From Bacteroidota bacterium (GTDB lineage Bacteria > Bacteroidota > Bacteroidia > Bacteroidales > CAIWKO01), in contig JBAXWF010000006.1 of the NCBI GenBank assembly GCA_037128515.1, forward strand, positions 23,574 to 87,573: a stretch of DNA of 64,000 nucleotides. Reading direction: 5' to 3'. The translations under genes and the position numbers were made by a program. Shown here one piece after another: positions 39,861 to 49,600 of the stretch; position 1 is the first letter of the stretch; each line of letters starts with the position of its first letter. The notes beneath the pieces are model-generated. The model made no database searches. It was not told the origin of the DNA and was given only the letters and a program-made list of their open reading frames with translations.

Positions 39861-40268
39861 TCAGAAAGGTCCGATTACTGATTTCACAATTTCAAATGTT
39901 TCTTCAGCAGCTCCACGCACTGCATCAATGGCTGAGGCTGGTAAACCAGGGGCCATCTCGGCCATGTTCAACAGGGCCACATAAGCTACCCCGTCTTCCT
40001 TTTCATATACCGAGATACGGCAAGGCATCATGATAGAAACAATTCTTTCATGGTTTTTCTCCAGCATTTTGCCTGAATATTCGGGTTTGCATATCTCTAT
40101 CACCTGTACCGGCCTCACAGTTTTACCCGATTTTGCCAGCGATTGCTGAAGATCATGTGTAGCCGGGTTCTGCCATTCTCTTTGCTGAGCGGCATCAATA
40201 AGTTTTTCAACCGTGGTAGGCACGTCGTAAGGACTTGCCTGTTCAATAATCATTTGATTTTCATTCAT
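39861..40268 (-). CDS. DUF302 family protein
   Basis: HDLQQSL, IEICKP, MMPCRISVYEK. Confidence 0.85.
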   Translation of the reverse strand: MNENQMIIEQASPYDVPTTVEKLIDAAQQREWQNPATHDLQQSLAKSGKTVRPVQVIEICKPEYSGKMLEKNHERIVSIMMPCRISVYEKEDGVAYVALLNMAEMAPGLPASAIDAVRGAAEETFEIVKSVIGPF

Positions 40269-40286
40269 GACTTGCTTATTTATGGG

Positions 40287-41555
40287 TTAATCTAATTCTT
40301 TCGCAATGGCAATAGCTGCAATGGTTCCATCGGAAACAGCCGTGGTTATTTGCCTGTATTTTTTACTGATAACATCACCCACGGCATATACATCGGGCAC
40401 ACTCGTGCGCATGTCTTCATCGGTTTTGATATAGCCCCATTTGTCTGTAGCCAGCGTATCACCGAACAGTTCGGTATTGGGTTTCATGCCGATAAAAATA
40501 AAAACGCCATCGCTGATAATCTCCGACAAGGTTTTGGTCTGCAGATCCTCGATTTGAGTAACGATTTTGTCACCTTGCCTGACGAACGATCTGGGTTCAT
40601 GTTCAAAATGCGTACTGATTTTATGATTGGTCAGCAGTTTCTCCTGAGCTTGTTTGTTGGCCGTAAAAGCATCAAACTGATGAACCATAGTGATCTTTTC
40701 AGCGAATTTACTGATAAAATCTGCTTCTTCCACAGCCGAATTTCCCCCGCCAATCACAACCACTTCTTTATCGCCATAATATTTGGCATCGCAGGTGGCG
40801 CAATACGAAATACCTTTTCCTTTCATCTCTTTTTCGCCGGGTATGCCCATGAGGTTGGGCGAGGTCCCGGTAGCTATAATGATCTTTTTTGCTTTTATGG
40901 TCTCGAATTCATCTATCACTACTTCTTTTTTTACCAGATCAACTTTCGTCACATCCACGGCAACTTTGAACAGCGAACCATTGGTTTTGGCCTGCTCCGA
41001 CATATAATGCGAAAGCATGTAGCCCGGTTGTGGATCAATAAAACCCGGAAAGTTCGATACTTCGTGCGTAGTCGAAACCTGTCCGCCCGGAAGCGCAATA
41101 TCTATAATCACCGTGCTTAGTTTCGACTGGCTCAAATAAATTCCTGCAGTAAGTCCGCCGGGACCTCCGCCAAGAATCATGACATCATATTCCGAAACCA
41201 CAGGTTTAATCTGCAATTTAATCTCTTTCACCTTTTCGGATGACAGCATACCATCGAGTTGTTCGATTATATCGCTGCGTTTGATGCCTCCCGTAAGCAT
41301 TTTCGGCAATTGCACGCCATTATCAAAAAACAACAAAGTGGGTGATGATTTCACACCCATCATCTCAGCCAGTTCTCTGTTTTGTTGTCGGAATATCTTT
41401 ACGAATTTTATTTCCTTTCCGTAAAGTGCTGCCAATCCTTCAAATTTCGGAGCCACAGCTTCGCAGGGCGGACATTCGCTGGAATAAAAATCCAACACCA
41501 CCTTGCCACCGCCAAGTATTTCTTTTTCAAATTCTGAAGTATTTATTTCTTTCAT
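40287..41555 (-). CDS. Thioredoxin-thioredoxin reductase fusion (N-terminal Trx, C-terminal TrxB-like)
   Basis: DFYSSECPPC Trx domain; GGGPGGLTAG, SYCATCD, GGGNSA, VYAVGD..RQITTAVSDG. Confidence 0.9.
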   Translation of the reverse strand: MKEINTSEFEKEILGGGKVVLDFYSSECPPCEAVAPKFEGLAALYGKEIKFVKIFRQQNRELAEMMGVKSSPTLLFFDNGVQLPKMLTGGIKRSDIIEQLDGMLSSEKVKEIKLQIKPVVSEYDVMILGGGPGGLTAGIYLSQSKLSTVIIDIALPGGQVSTTHEVSNFPGFIDPQPGYMLSHYMSEQAKTNGSLFKVAVDVTKVDLVKKEVVIDEFETIKAKKIIIATGTSPNLMGIPGEKEMKGKGISYCATCDAKYYGDKEVVVIGGGNSAVEEADFISKFAEKITMVHQFDAFTANKQAQEKLLTNHKISTHFEHEPRSFVRQGDKIVTQIEDLQTKTLSEIISDGVFIFIGMKPNTELFGDTLATDKWGYIKTDEDMRTSVPDVYAVGDVISKKYRQITTAVSDGTIAAIAIAKELD

Positions 41556-41621
41556 GGTTAGTTACTTTTTTAACGGATATCATCCGTCAATTTTATCAAA
41601 TACTATTTCTTTGTTGTTCTG

Positions 41622-42956
41622 TTAAAGTGACTGATTCTGCTCAAAATAAGCACTAAAGCCGAGTTCCAGCAATTCTTTCACAGGGCGGCAATCAGTGGTG
41701 CAAATATTGCCCGTTCGGTTTTTGGCCACCGAACCGCAACCACCTCCGCATGCCAGTTGTACATTGCAGCTACTGCAAGCTGAAATAGCCACCACATCGC
41801 GGTTCTCCCACTGTTGTATCATTACATCTTTGCGTGTTACCTCTGGATAAAATGTGCCCAGCGATTCACCGGCTTTGCCAACTGTGGCCGTGCACGAATA
41901 GATTTGACCGGTATAGTCAAAGGCCCATTCTGTTTTGCAGGCAGGACATGCATCAAACAAAGGATCTGGCAGGCTGCCGTTCTCTGATAAAAACTTTGCC
42001 ACAGAATAAGCCGGCTTGTAAAATGTAAGTATATGCGGATGTTGTTTGGCCAGTTCGTAAATGTTTTGATAGAGCGATATGCGGCTAAATAGTTTCTCTG
42101 ATGTCGATTGGCAATGATGCAATTCATAGTTGCGTCCCAATTGTGTCTTGAAAATATTGCTGGCAGTCCAACCTGTATCAATGGCAAATTGTGCCAGTTC
42201 CGGAAGTCCGTCAATGTTTTCTTTGTCAACTACCATGCGCAGATTTACCGGAAGTTGGTTTTGCAAACAGGCATCAATTCCTTTAACTATTTTAGAAAAG
42301 GTTGCGCCTCCGCCTTTCAGGAAACGCCTGGTATCATGCACACTTCCCATGCCATCCAGCGTGATTTGTATTTCGCGTATCGGGGCACTTCTAAGTACGT
42401 CCATGTATTCTTCCAGCGTATAACCATTGGTCACAAAACATACTTCCAGTCCGGAATCCTTTGCCTTTTTCAGCAGATAAGAAATAAGTTCTTTTTGTTT
42501 TGGAGAGTTAAGCAATGGCTCTCCTCCAAACACAGTGATATACTTTTTTCGTCCTGCAAATTCTTGATGTATGTAAGTGAAAAATGCATCAATAATTGGT
42601 TCTGTCAGTTGTTGTGGATAGTTGGCGTATTCATCCTGGTAACAGTATGAACAGGCAAAATTGCAGCTATAGTTTGTTACAAAAAACAACTGCACCTCAT
42701 CAGTCTCACGTTCGTCCAAAAAATCAAGGTATTTGCTGCGATACAGAACTTCCTCCTGTTTTTCATCTACAATGTATCCCTTTGCCGACAAATCTTCATA
42801 TATATCAGTAGGAATAGTTTTCCCATTCACAAAACCTTTTATAATTTCTGCTTCCTGCACACCTATAATATCAGCGTTTCCGCTCAGCAGATTCACCAGA
42901 AAATAATTCTCCGACTCTGCGATTTGCGAAAAGATATTGTGTTTGGAAAAGATCAT
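41622..42956 (-). CDS. Radical SAM/SPASM domain protein, probable peptide maturase
   Basis: CNFACSYC, FGGEPLL, TNGY, QITLDG; SPASM cysteines CPAC..YSC..CSSCNVQLACGGGC..C..C; ~85-aa N-terminal extension that may be RRE-like. Confidence 0.9.
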   Translation of the reverse strand: MIFSKHNIFSQIAESENYFLVNLLSGNADIIGVQEAEIIKGFVNGKTIPTDIYEDLSAKGYIVDEKQEEVLYRSKYLDFLDERETDEVQLFFVTNYSCNFACSYCYQDEYANYPQQLTEPIIDAFFTYIHQEFAGRKKYITVFGGEPLLNSPKQKELISYLLKKAKDSGLEVCFVTNGYTLEEYMDVLRSAPIREIQITLDGMGSVHDTRRFLKGGGATFSKIVKGIDACLQNQLPVNLRMVVDKENIDGLPELAQFAIDTGWTASNIFKTQLGRNYELHHCQSTSEKLFSRISLYQNIYELAKQHPHILTFYKPAYSVAKFLSENGSLPDPLFDACPACKTEWAFDYTGQIYSCTATVGKAGESLGTFYPEVTRKDVMIQQWENRDVVAISACSSCNVQLACGGGCGSVAKNRTGNICTTDCRPVKELLELGFSAYFEQNQSL

Positions 42957-43014
42957 TTTGTGTAAATGGTTTTAAATAGGAGAGAGGTCATATTTCGGGT
43001 TGTTCGTTTTCGTA

Positions 43015-43116
43015 TTAATCGTGACAACCTACAATGGTTTTTGAAGTTTTGGCGCAACATTGTGCTACTTTCTTTTCAGCGGGTTTTTCGGTTTTCTTTT
43101 TAATTATGCTTTTCAT
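43015..43116 (-). CDS. Unannotated 33-aa Cys-containing peptide, putative RiPP precursor (MKSIIKKKTEKPAEKKVAQCCAKTSKTIVGCHD)
   Basis: Translated by hand: ATG at 43116, TAA at 43017-43015; A-rich leader upstream; co-oriented and located between the methyltransferase and rSAM genes. Confidence 0.75.
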   Translation of the reverse strand: MKSIIKKKTEKPAEKKVAQCCAKTSKTIVGCHD

Positions 43117-43177
43117 TGGTTTAACTTTTTTCTATTAATATTATAAATTAGGTTTTTGACATTCAATTTTATGTTTT

Positions 43178-43822
43178 TCAGCATCTGCATCCACAGCCTT
43201 CTTTTTTACCGGCTATGGTAAAACTTACCACTTCTGCATTGCCTTTGGCATAGGGTTTTGATTCTTCAAGAATATCAAATCTGGAAAAACCGGCATATTT
43301 CAAATGGTCAATATATTCGGCTTTGGTTACCGCACCTGCCCAGCATTCGGCAACAGCTACAGGGTCGTTTCTGTATTCATCGGCTATAGGCTGAGTGGCA
43401 TAAATATCGCTGATCACAAACCTTCCTCCTTTTTTCAAAATACGGTATATTTCGTTCCAAACTGCCTGCTTATCCGAGGCATGGTTGAGGGTGCAATTTG
43501 AAATAACCAGATCGGCAACCCTATCGTGAAGTTCTATTTTTTCCAGCTCGCTTTTTATAAATCGTACGTTAGCTACTTTGAGCTTCGCAGCATTCTGACG
43601 GGCTTTTTCAAGCATACCATCCGAAATGTCTACTCCATACACAAAGCCATTGGCACCCACCAGCTCTGCCATGCGCAGCACATCTGTTCCGCGACCGCTA
43701 CCAAGGTCAACACAAACTTCGTTCGCATTGGGTTGGGCATAATTTATGGCTCCGCCGCACGAAAGGCAGCATTCCGATTCGGCCAGTTGGCTGTAGCGTT
43801 GGTTAATTTCTTTTATTTCCAT
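43178..43822 (-). CDS. ArsM-like SAM-dependent methyltransferase
   Basis: CCLSCG, VDLGSGRGTD, YGVDIS, DLVISNCTLN, RILKKGGRFVISD, ECWAGA, C-terminal GCGCRC. Confidence 0.82.
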   Translation of the reverse strand: MEIKEINQRYSQLAESECCLSCGGAINYAQPNANEVCVDLGSGRGTDVLRMAELVGANGFVYGVDISDGMLEKARQNAAKLKVANVRFIKSELEKIELHDRVADLVISNCTLNHASDKQAVWNEIYRILKKGGRFVISDIYATQPIADEYRNDPVAVAECWAGAVTKAEYIDHLKYAGFSRFDILEESKPYAKGNAEVVSFTIAGKKEGCGCRC

Positions 43823-43849
43823 AATATTTGTTCGTAAAAGTAAATAATT

Positions 43850-44092
43850 TTAGCACGACCTGCAGGGCCGGTTTATAAAAAACAGCCCCATAACTCCCCC
43901 AAAAACCGTACTCAGGATGGGGCTGCTTGTGATGGTGCATGTGCCCGAGGCACATCCCTCAAAATGATAATACGCAAAACCAAGAGTTCCGCCTATGGTA
44001 ACTGCCAAAACGGGTTTCCAGAATTTGGCCGATCGCAGCCATTCTTTTAGTGTCCTGGTTTTTTTTTCTGCTTCGCAGCTATTGTTCATCAC
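43850..44092 (-). CDS. DUF6132-like small membrane protein
   Basis: GG.LGFAYYHFEGCASGTCTITSSP motif, two TM segments, terminal CRSC. Confidence 0.75.
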   Translation of the reverse strand: MMNNSCEAEKKTRTLKEWLRSAKFWKPVLAVTIGGTLGFAYYHFEGCASGTCTITSSPILSTVFGGVMGLFFINRPCRSC

Positions 44093-44292
44093 TTGCTTTT
44101 ATTGGTTTTGATACCGAAAGGCATATATAAAGGACAAATCCCTACTATGCTGGTGAGTATAAATACTCCTGATAAAACCAGCAATACAATGGCTAAGGTG
44201 CCGCTTACTACTCCGGTAAAATACAAAATTGTTACTACGACGGCAATCAATACTCTGATCACTCTGTCAACGATTCCCATGTTTGTTTTCAT
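44089..44292 (-). CDS. DUF2892 (YgaP-like) membrane protein
   Basis: MKTNMG..DRVIR..LTSIVGICPLY.PFGI.T. Confidence 0.88.
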   Translation of the reverse strand: MKTNMGIVDRVIRVLIAVVVTILYFTGVVSGTLAIVLLVLSGVFILTSIVGICPLYMPFGIKTNKSK

Positions 44293-44309
44293 GATTTTTG
44301 TTTTTAAGT

Positions 44310-44729
44310 TTATTGATATTGTTTAATTTGATTTAATAGAAATTCTTTATTTTTCACGCCTACAAAGCGTTTAAATTCTTTGCCGTTTTTAAACAAAATC
44401 AGGGTAGGTATGCTTCTTACCTGATATTTTGCGGCGGTTGCTTGCGCTTGTTCTACATTTAGTTTGCCCACACTGGCATTTCCATCGACTTCTTCGGCCA
44501 CACTGTTGATGATGGGGGCCATCATTTTGCAGGGCATACACCATTCGGCCCAGAAATCAACCAGCGTAAGTCCGCTTTTGATCTGATGCTGAAAATTCTG
44601 ATCGGTGAGTGTTATCAACTTTTCTGATTCCTTTGCATTGGCTGCATTTTTCATTTTTAACATCATATAGAAGATGTAAAAAGCAAAAATGGCCACTATG
44701 AATCCTATTATTATTAAGGTTGTATCCAT
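44310..44729 (-). CDS. Membrane-anchored thioredoxin
   Basis: Start at the ATG at 44729; N-terminal TM helix; DFWAEWCMPC; VRSIPTL. Confidence 0.9.
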   Translation of the reverse strand: MDTTLIIIGFIVAIFAFYIFYMMLKMKNAANAKESEKLITLTDQNFQHQIKSGLTLVDFWAEWCMPCKMMAPIINSVAEEVDGNASVGKLNVEQAQATAAKYQVRSIPTLILFKNGKEFKRFVGVKNKEFLLNQIKQYQ

Positions 44730-44733
44730 ATCC

Positions 44734-44913
44734 TTATTTTTGAACGGCGCCGGTTGGGCAATATCTAACACATTTTCCGCATTCCGTGCATTTGCTTTTG
44801 TCTATCATCGGCAACCCAAACCCATTTTGCATGATAGCATCTGATGGACAAATCTGCATGAGCGGACAACGATGATTTTGAGGACATTTAATTTCACTTA
44901 CCAGGTAGGCCAT
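44734..44913 (-). CDS. Small 4Fe-4S ferredoxin-like protein
   Basis: Start at the ATG at 44913; CPQNHRCP..ICP and CTECGKCVRYCP. Confidence 0.85.
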   Translation of the reverse strand: MAYLVSEIKCPQNHRCPLMQICPSDAIMQNGFGLPMIDKSKCTECGKCVRYCPTGAVQK

Positions 44914-44945
44914 GATTTTTAAATTTAAGGGTTTATTTCCGGGTA

Positions 44946-44953
44946 CAAAGGTA
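44946..44953 (-). promoter_or_regulatory. Putative -7 promoter element of the redox/rSAM operon
   Basis: TACCTTTG on the minus strand about 33 nt upstream of the ferredoxin start; matches Bacteroidetes TAnnTTTG. Confidence 0.45.
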
Positions 44954-45196
44954 CTGCACCCATGCTTCATGTAGTGCAACAGCGGCTGCTCTCATCACAG
45001 CCAAAGAGTTGAACTTGCACAGGTTTTTTATTATTTTAGAACAAAGGAAGATTTTAGTTTATTAATATTTCTAAAGACTGATTTATTATAATTAATAACC
45101 ACTTTCAGTCTATATTCGTATACTTGTTTTGAGGTTTTCCGTAATTTTGCAATTATAATCGGAGTTACATAATATGCCTATCATAAATTCAAATAA

Positions 45197-46078
45197 ATGA
45201 ACAAGCTAATTTTCACTTTTTTAATGGCATTGTCCACCCTTGTGGGATTTTCGCAAATTCCGAATGCCAGTTTCGAAAGTTGGCAAGCGATTGATACGTA
45301 TGAGAACCCTGTTTCGTGGGGCACAATGAATAATACAACGGCTCCCTTTGCAATTTTTACAGCCAATAAAGCCAATCCGGGCAACCCGGGCTCCTATTAT
45401 TTGAAACTCACATCGCGGACGGTAAATAGCTCTGTGGTGAATGGTATAGCTGTGAGCGGAGTTTTAGACACTATTTCTCTGAAACCAAAATCAGGTTTCC
45501 CATTTGCGCAACGCCCTCAAAGTTTTACTGGCAATTGGCAGCATATGATTTATGGAACTAGGCAGGGGGCAATCGAAGTGTATCTTACCAAGAATAATTC
45601 CGGTTCTCGAGATACTGTTGCTACAGCTATTTTAGGACTTACTGGCATGGTAATGTCTTGGGCACCTTTTACGGTTAATTTTACTTATCAAAGTGGTGAT
45701 TACCCCGATACCTGTGTTATTTTGATGAAGGCAAGCGGATCGCCAGCTGCCAATAACGATTATCTATGGGTCGATAATTTGGCTTTTTCAGGTACGGTTG
45801 CCGGTATTTCCGAAAACTCACAACCAAGCAGCATTTTACAAATATTCCCGAACCCTGCCAATTACGAAATTCACTTTTCGGATATTAATGAATTTTCTTT
45901 AGGTGATAAATTAATTATTACAGATATCGTTGGAAATATGGTTTTTGAAAAAAATATTCAAGAGAACGCATTTACAATAAATACTTCTGCTTATACCAAC
46001 AGCACTTATATTTATAGACTAATAAATCGCTATGGCGTTAAGTATGCTGAAGGCAAATTTACTATTCAACACTATTAA
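45197..46078 (+). CDS. T9SS type-A secreted protein (PCMD-like N-terminal domain)
   Basis: SQIPNASFESW, LWVDNL, C-terminal IFPNPAN..DIVG..YIYRL. Confidence 0.8.
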   Translation: MNKLIFTFLMALSTLVGFSQIPNASFESWQAIDTYENPVSWGTMNNTTAPFAIFTANKANPGNPGSYYLKLTSRTVNSSVVNGIAVSGVLDTISLKPKSGFPFAQRPQSFTGNWQHMIYGTRQGAIEVYLTKNNSGSRDTVATAILGLTGMVMSWAPFTVNFTYQSGDYPDTCVILMKASGSPAANNDYLWVDNLAFSGTVAGISENSQPSSILQIFPNPANYEIHFSDINEFSLGDKLIITDIVGNMVFEKNIQENAFTINTSAYTNSTYIYRLINRYGVKYAEGKFTIQHY

Positions 46079-46092
46079 TAAAATTTATAAAA

Positions 46093-46506
46093 ATGAAAAA
46101 ATTACTGATTGCTGGTTCACTGTTATTAGGTTTAGCACTTATTATACCTACTAAAATAAATGCACAAGGTTGTTGCCCTAAAACGGGTACAACTTCATGT
46201 CATAAAACCGGACAAACTACAACACAAACAAAATGTGTTACAGGAATGGCCAAAGACTCATTAAAAGTTATGGGTAAATGTGGTATGTGTAAAACCCGAA
46301 TTGAAAATGCAGCAAAAAGTGTAAAAGGTGTTACCGATGCACAATGGAACGATTCCAAAAACATGCTCGTGTATTATACAAACAGCCCAGTTAAAAAAGA
46401 AGCAGTGAGCGAAGCAGTGATAAAAGTAGGTCACGACACGGAATTAGGCAAAGCATCAGATGCAGTTTACAACCAATTGCCAGGTTGCTGCCGATACAGA
46501 CAATAA
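46093..46506 (+). CDS. Exported heavy-metal-associated (HMA) domain protein
   Basis: Signal peptide; GKCGMCKTRIE, VGHD, YNQLPGCCRY. Confidence 0.85.
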   Translation: MKKLLIAGSLLLGLALIIPTKINAQGCCPKTGTTSCHKTGQTTTQTKCVTGMAKDSLKVMGKCGMCKTRIENAAKSVKGVTDAQWNDSKNMLVYYTNSPVKKEAVSEAVIKVGHDTELGKASDAVYNQLPGCCRYRQ

Positions 46507-46685
46507 CTATTTGCTTTTACCAAAAATTAGTAAGTCTTCATAAAAGTATTGAGATTGACTTTCTGATATGAAAAAAATATTGTTTCATTTTTATCGTTTT
46601 TTGTTTCGTACTATAAAATTAAACAATGCTTTTTTCTGTTCCTAATAATCGAATAGTATTGTGATTTTTTTTAACCATGTTAAGG

Positions 46686-49600
46686 TTACAACCATTTCAT
46701 CAAACTAAAATCTTGTCGATAGGTAAGAAGCGGATTTTTGGGGAATAAACGAAAAGAATAATCAAACACTCCTACCATCATGGCCGGCATTTCATAATAA
46801 AATGTCACTTCGTTCTGTTTTGTTTCTGTAACCTTCATTTCATGAAGGAATAGGATTTTATCTACAATATCGTTGTTTTTTTGACCAAATAGTATTTCAA
46901 TTCCCACGTCATTATCGTTCAATTCATTGAGCTTAAGTATAATTTCTGCAAAGAACTTTTCACCCATCCCAAGTGGTTTTTTATTTGAATCAGTTGTGCT
47001 TATTGCAATAACTTCAATACTTTCCCAACTGCGCAGCATTTTTTGTTTCCACGAAGAAAGCTTGCGGGCATTCAAAAAATTATCAGCATTCATCATTGCT
47101 GAACGTTTGATGATAGGGTTGTAGAATTTCTTTCGATAATCATCCAACATTCGTTTCATTGTAAATTCAGGAGCAATTAGTGCAATAGTATTTTTTATTT
47201 TTTGAACCCATGCGGTCGGAATATCTTCCTTGTTGCGGTTATAGAACATCGGAATAATTTCATTTTCCAGCATATTGTAAATGGTTACAGAATCTAAAGC
47301 GTCTTGCGCATTCTGATTCTGATAAGTACGTTCTTCTTTCAATGCCCATCCGGCTTCTGGTTTGTAACCTTCGGCCCACCATCCATCCAACACACTGAAG
47401 TTTATTACTCCGTTCATCACTGCTTTTTCGCCACTAGTTCCAGAAGCTTCTAGGGGTCGGGTAGGTGTGTTAAGCCAAATATCAACGCCTTGCGTTAACC
47501 TCTTACCAACTTCAATATCATAATTTTCAACAATGAGTATTTTTCCAACAAATTCAGGCATATTTGAAATCTCGTAAATCTTTTTAATCAAATCCTGTCC
47601 GGCTTTATCGTTGGGATGTGCCTTGCCGGCATAAACAAACTGAACCGGCTGCAATTTGTTATTTACGATTTTGGCTAATCGTTCCAGATTTGTGAACAAC
47701 AAATGTGCACGTTTGTAAGTTGCAAATCTACGAGCAAAACCAATGGTGAGTGCTTTGGCATCAAGATTTTCGGAAACATTAAAAATATTTTGGGGATTAT
47801 CTTGTCGCAAAGTCATCTCATTCATGAGTCGCTGGCGCAAAAAATCAACTAAATCAGACCTCTGGTGCTGGCGAATGCCCCAAATTGCCTCGTCGGGAAC
47901 TTCATATATCTTTTTCCAGTAATCAGGATTTGACTGATCGTTAATATATGCTGGATTAAAAGTTTCATCATACAATTTTTTCCATCGTTTCGAAACCCAA
48001 GTTGGAAAATGTACACCATTGGTAACATATCCGATATGAAGTTCTTTTGGAAAATATCCGGGATACATATTCGAAAACATATGTCTAGTAACTCTACCAT
48101 GAATTTTGCTTACCCCGTTTATGTCAGATGATAATGTAGCAGCTAAAACACTCATACTAAATTTTTCATCAGGGTCGTTTTCATTCACTTTCCCTAGATT
48201 CATAAAAGTATTCCAACTGATTTTCAATCGGTCGGCATAATGAGGTATGTATGTTCTTAGTATGTCTTCACTAAAAGTATCATGCCCCGCAGGAACCGGT
48301 GTGTGTGTTGTAAACAAAGAAGATGCTTTTACTACTTCAACTGCTTCATTAAAAGTTAGGTTCTCTTCGTAAACATATTTTCGTAATCGTTCGATGCCAA
48401 TAAATGCAGCATGACCTTCGTTGCAATGATAAATATTTGGTTTAGAACCAATTTGCTCCAGTACTCTAATCCCGCCTACTCCCAGCAATAATTCTTGTTT
48501 GAATCGTAATTCTGAGCCACCACCATACAAGCTATGCGTAATAATGCGGTCTTCCGGTAAATTATCTTCAATATCGGTATCAAGTAAATATAATGCTGCT
48601 CTTCCGACGTCCACCTTCCAAACTTTGGCAATTATGGTACGTCCCGGTGCTGCAAGATGAACTTTTAGCCAATTGTTTGGCTCATCTTCTTCTACATCCG
48701 ATTTGCGAACCGGAATCAAAGGCAGATGCGAGTATTTTTGAGGAGGATAAGCAGCAATTTGGTCGCCGAGCAAAGAAATACTCTGATCAAAATATCCATA
48801 ACGGTAGAGCAAACTAACACCAATCATATTTTCATTCGAGTCGCTGGCTTGTTTTAAATAATCACCTGCCAGAATTCCCAAACCACCAGAATATATTTTT
48901 AATGAATGATGCAACCCAAATTCCATACTGAAATAGGCAATTTGTTCATGTGGTCTTTCATGACCTCCACACATATATGCATTGAATTGACCATATATGT
49001 CTTGGAGCTTTTCAAGAAAGGCTGTGTTTTTTTCTAACTTTCTGTATTCGTCAAACGAAATTGATTCGAGCAATGTTATTGGATTTTGTTTACATTGTTC
49101 CCACAAAATTGGGTTTATCATTTCAAACAAATCAACTGCATTAGAATTCCATGTCCACCAAAGATTTCGCGAAAGTTTATATAGTGCTGAAAGTTCTTCA
49201 GGAATACTGGGTTTAATTAATATTTTTTTCCATATCGGATTGAGTTGTTCTTTGGGTTTTAGCTCCAGTTGAATTGAATGAGATTTTGATTTATACTGTT
49301 CAAAGCGCATGGCTGATTGTTGGAGGGCGATATGATAAGCTTTTAAATAATTGATTGAAAGATGTTGCCAAAGTGCCAAGCGCGATAATTCAAATGCTTT
49401 GTCGCGAGACTCATTTTTTTCTTCGTCCGAACTATTCGCATATTCAAGAATTCTTTTTGTGATCATTTCGGTTACATAATCACTGTTTTCGTCGTCGCGT
49501 TTTATCACGCTTACAAATTTTTCGGGATAATGCGATTTGCTTAGTGCCCACATACCAAATCCGGCAAGGGTTGTTGTTATGGTTGGTATATGAAATGCAA

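Noticed and set aside
43169-43180. Selenocysteine read-through of the TGA after GCGCRC in the methyltransferase
   Set aside because: A TAA follows after only two more codons and I see no SECIS-like hairpin in the AT-rich downstream sequence.
45076-45111. AGACTGA...TCAGTCT inverted repeat as a possible Crp/Fnr site upstream of the redox operon
   Set aside because: The half-sites are spaced too widely for a typical Crp/Fnr box and I found no second copy.
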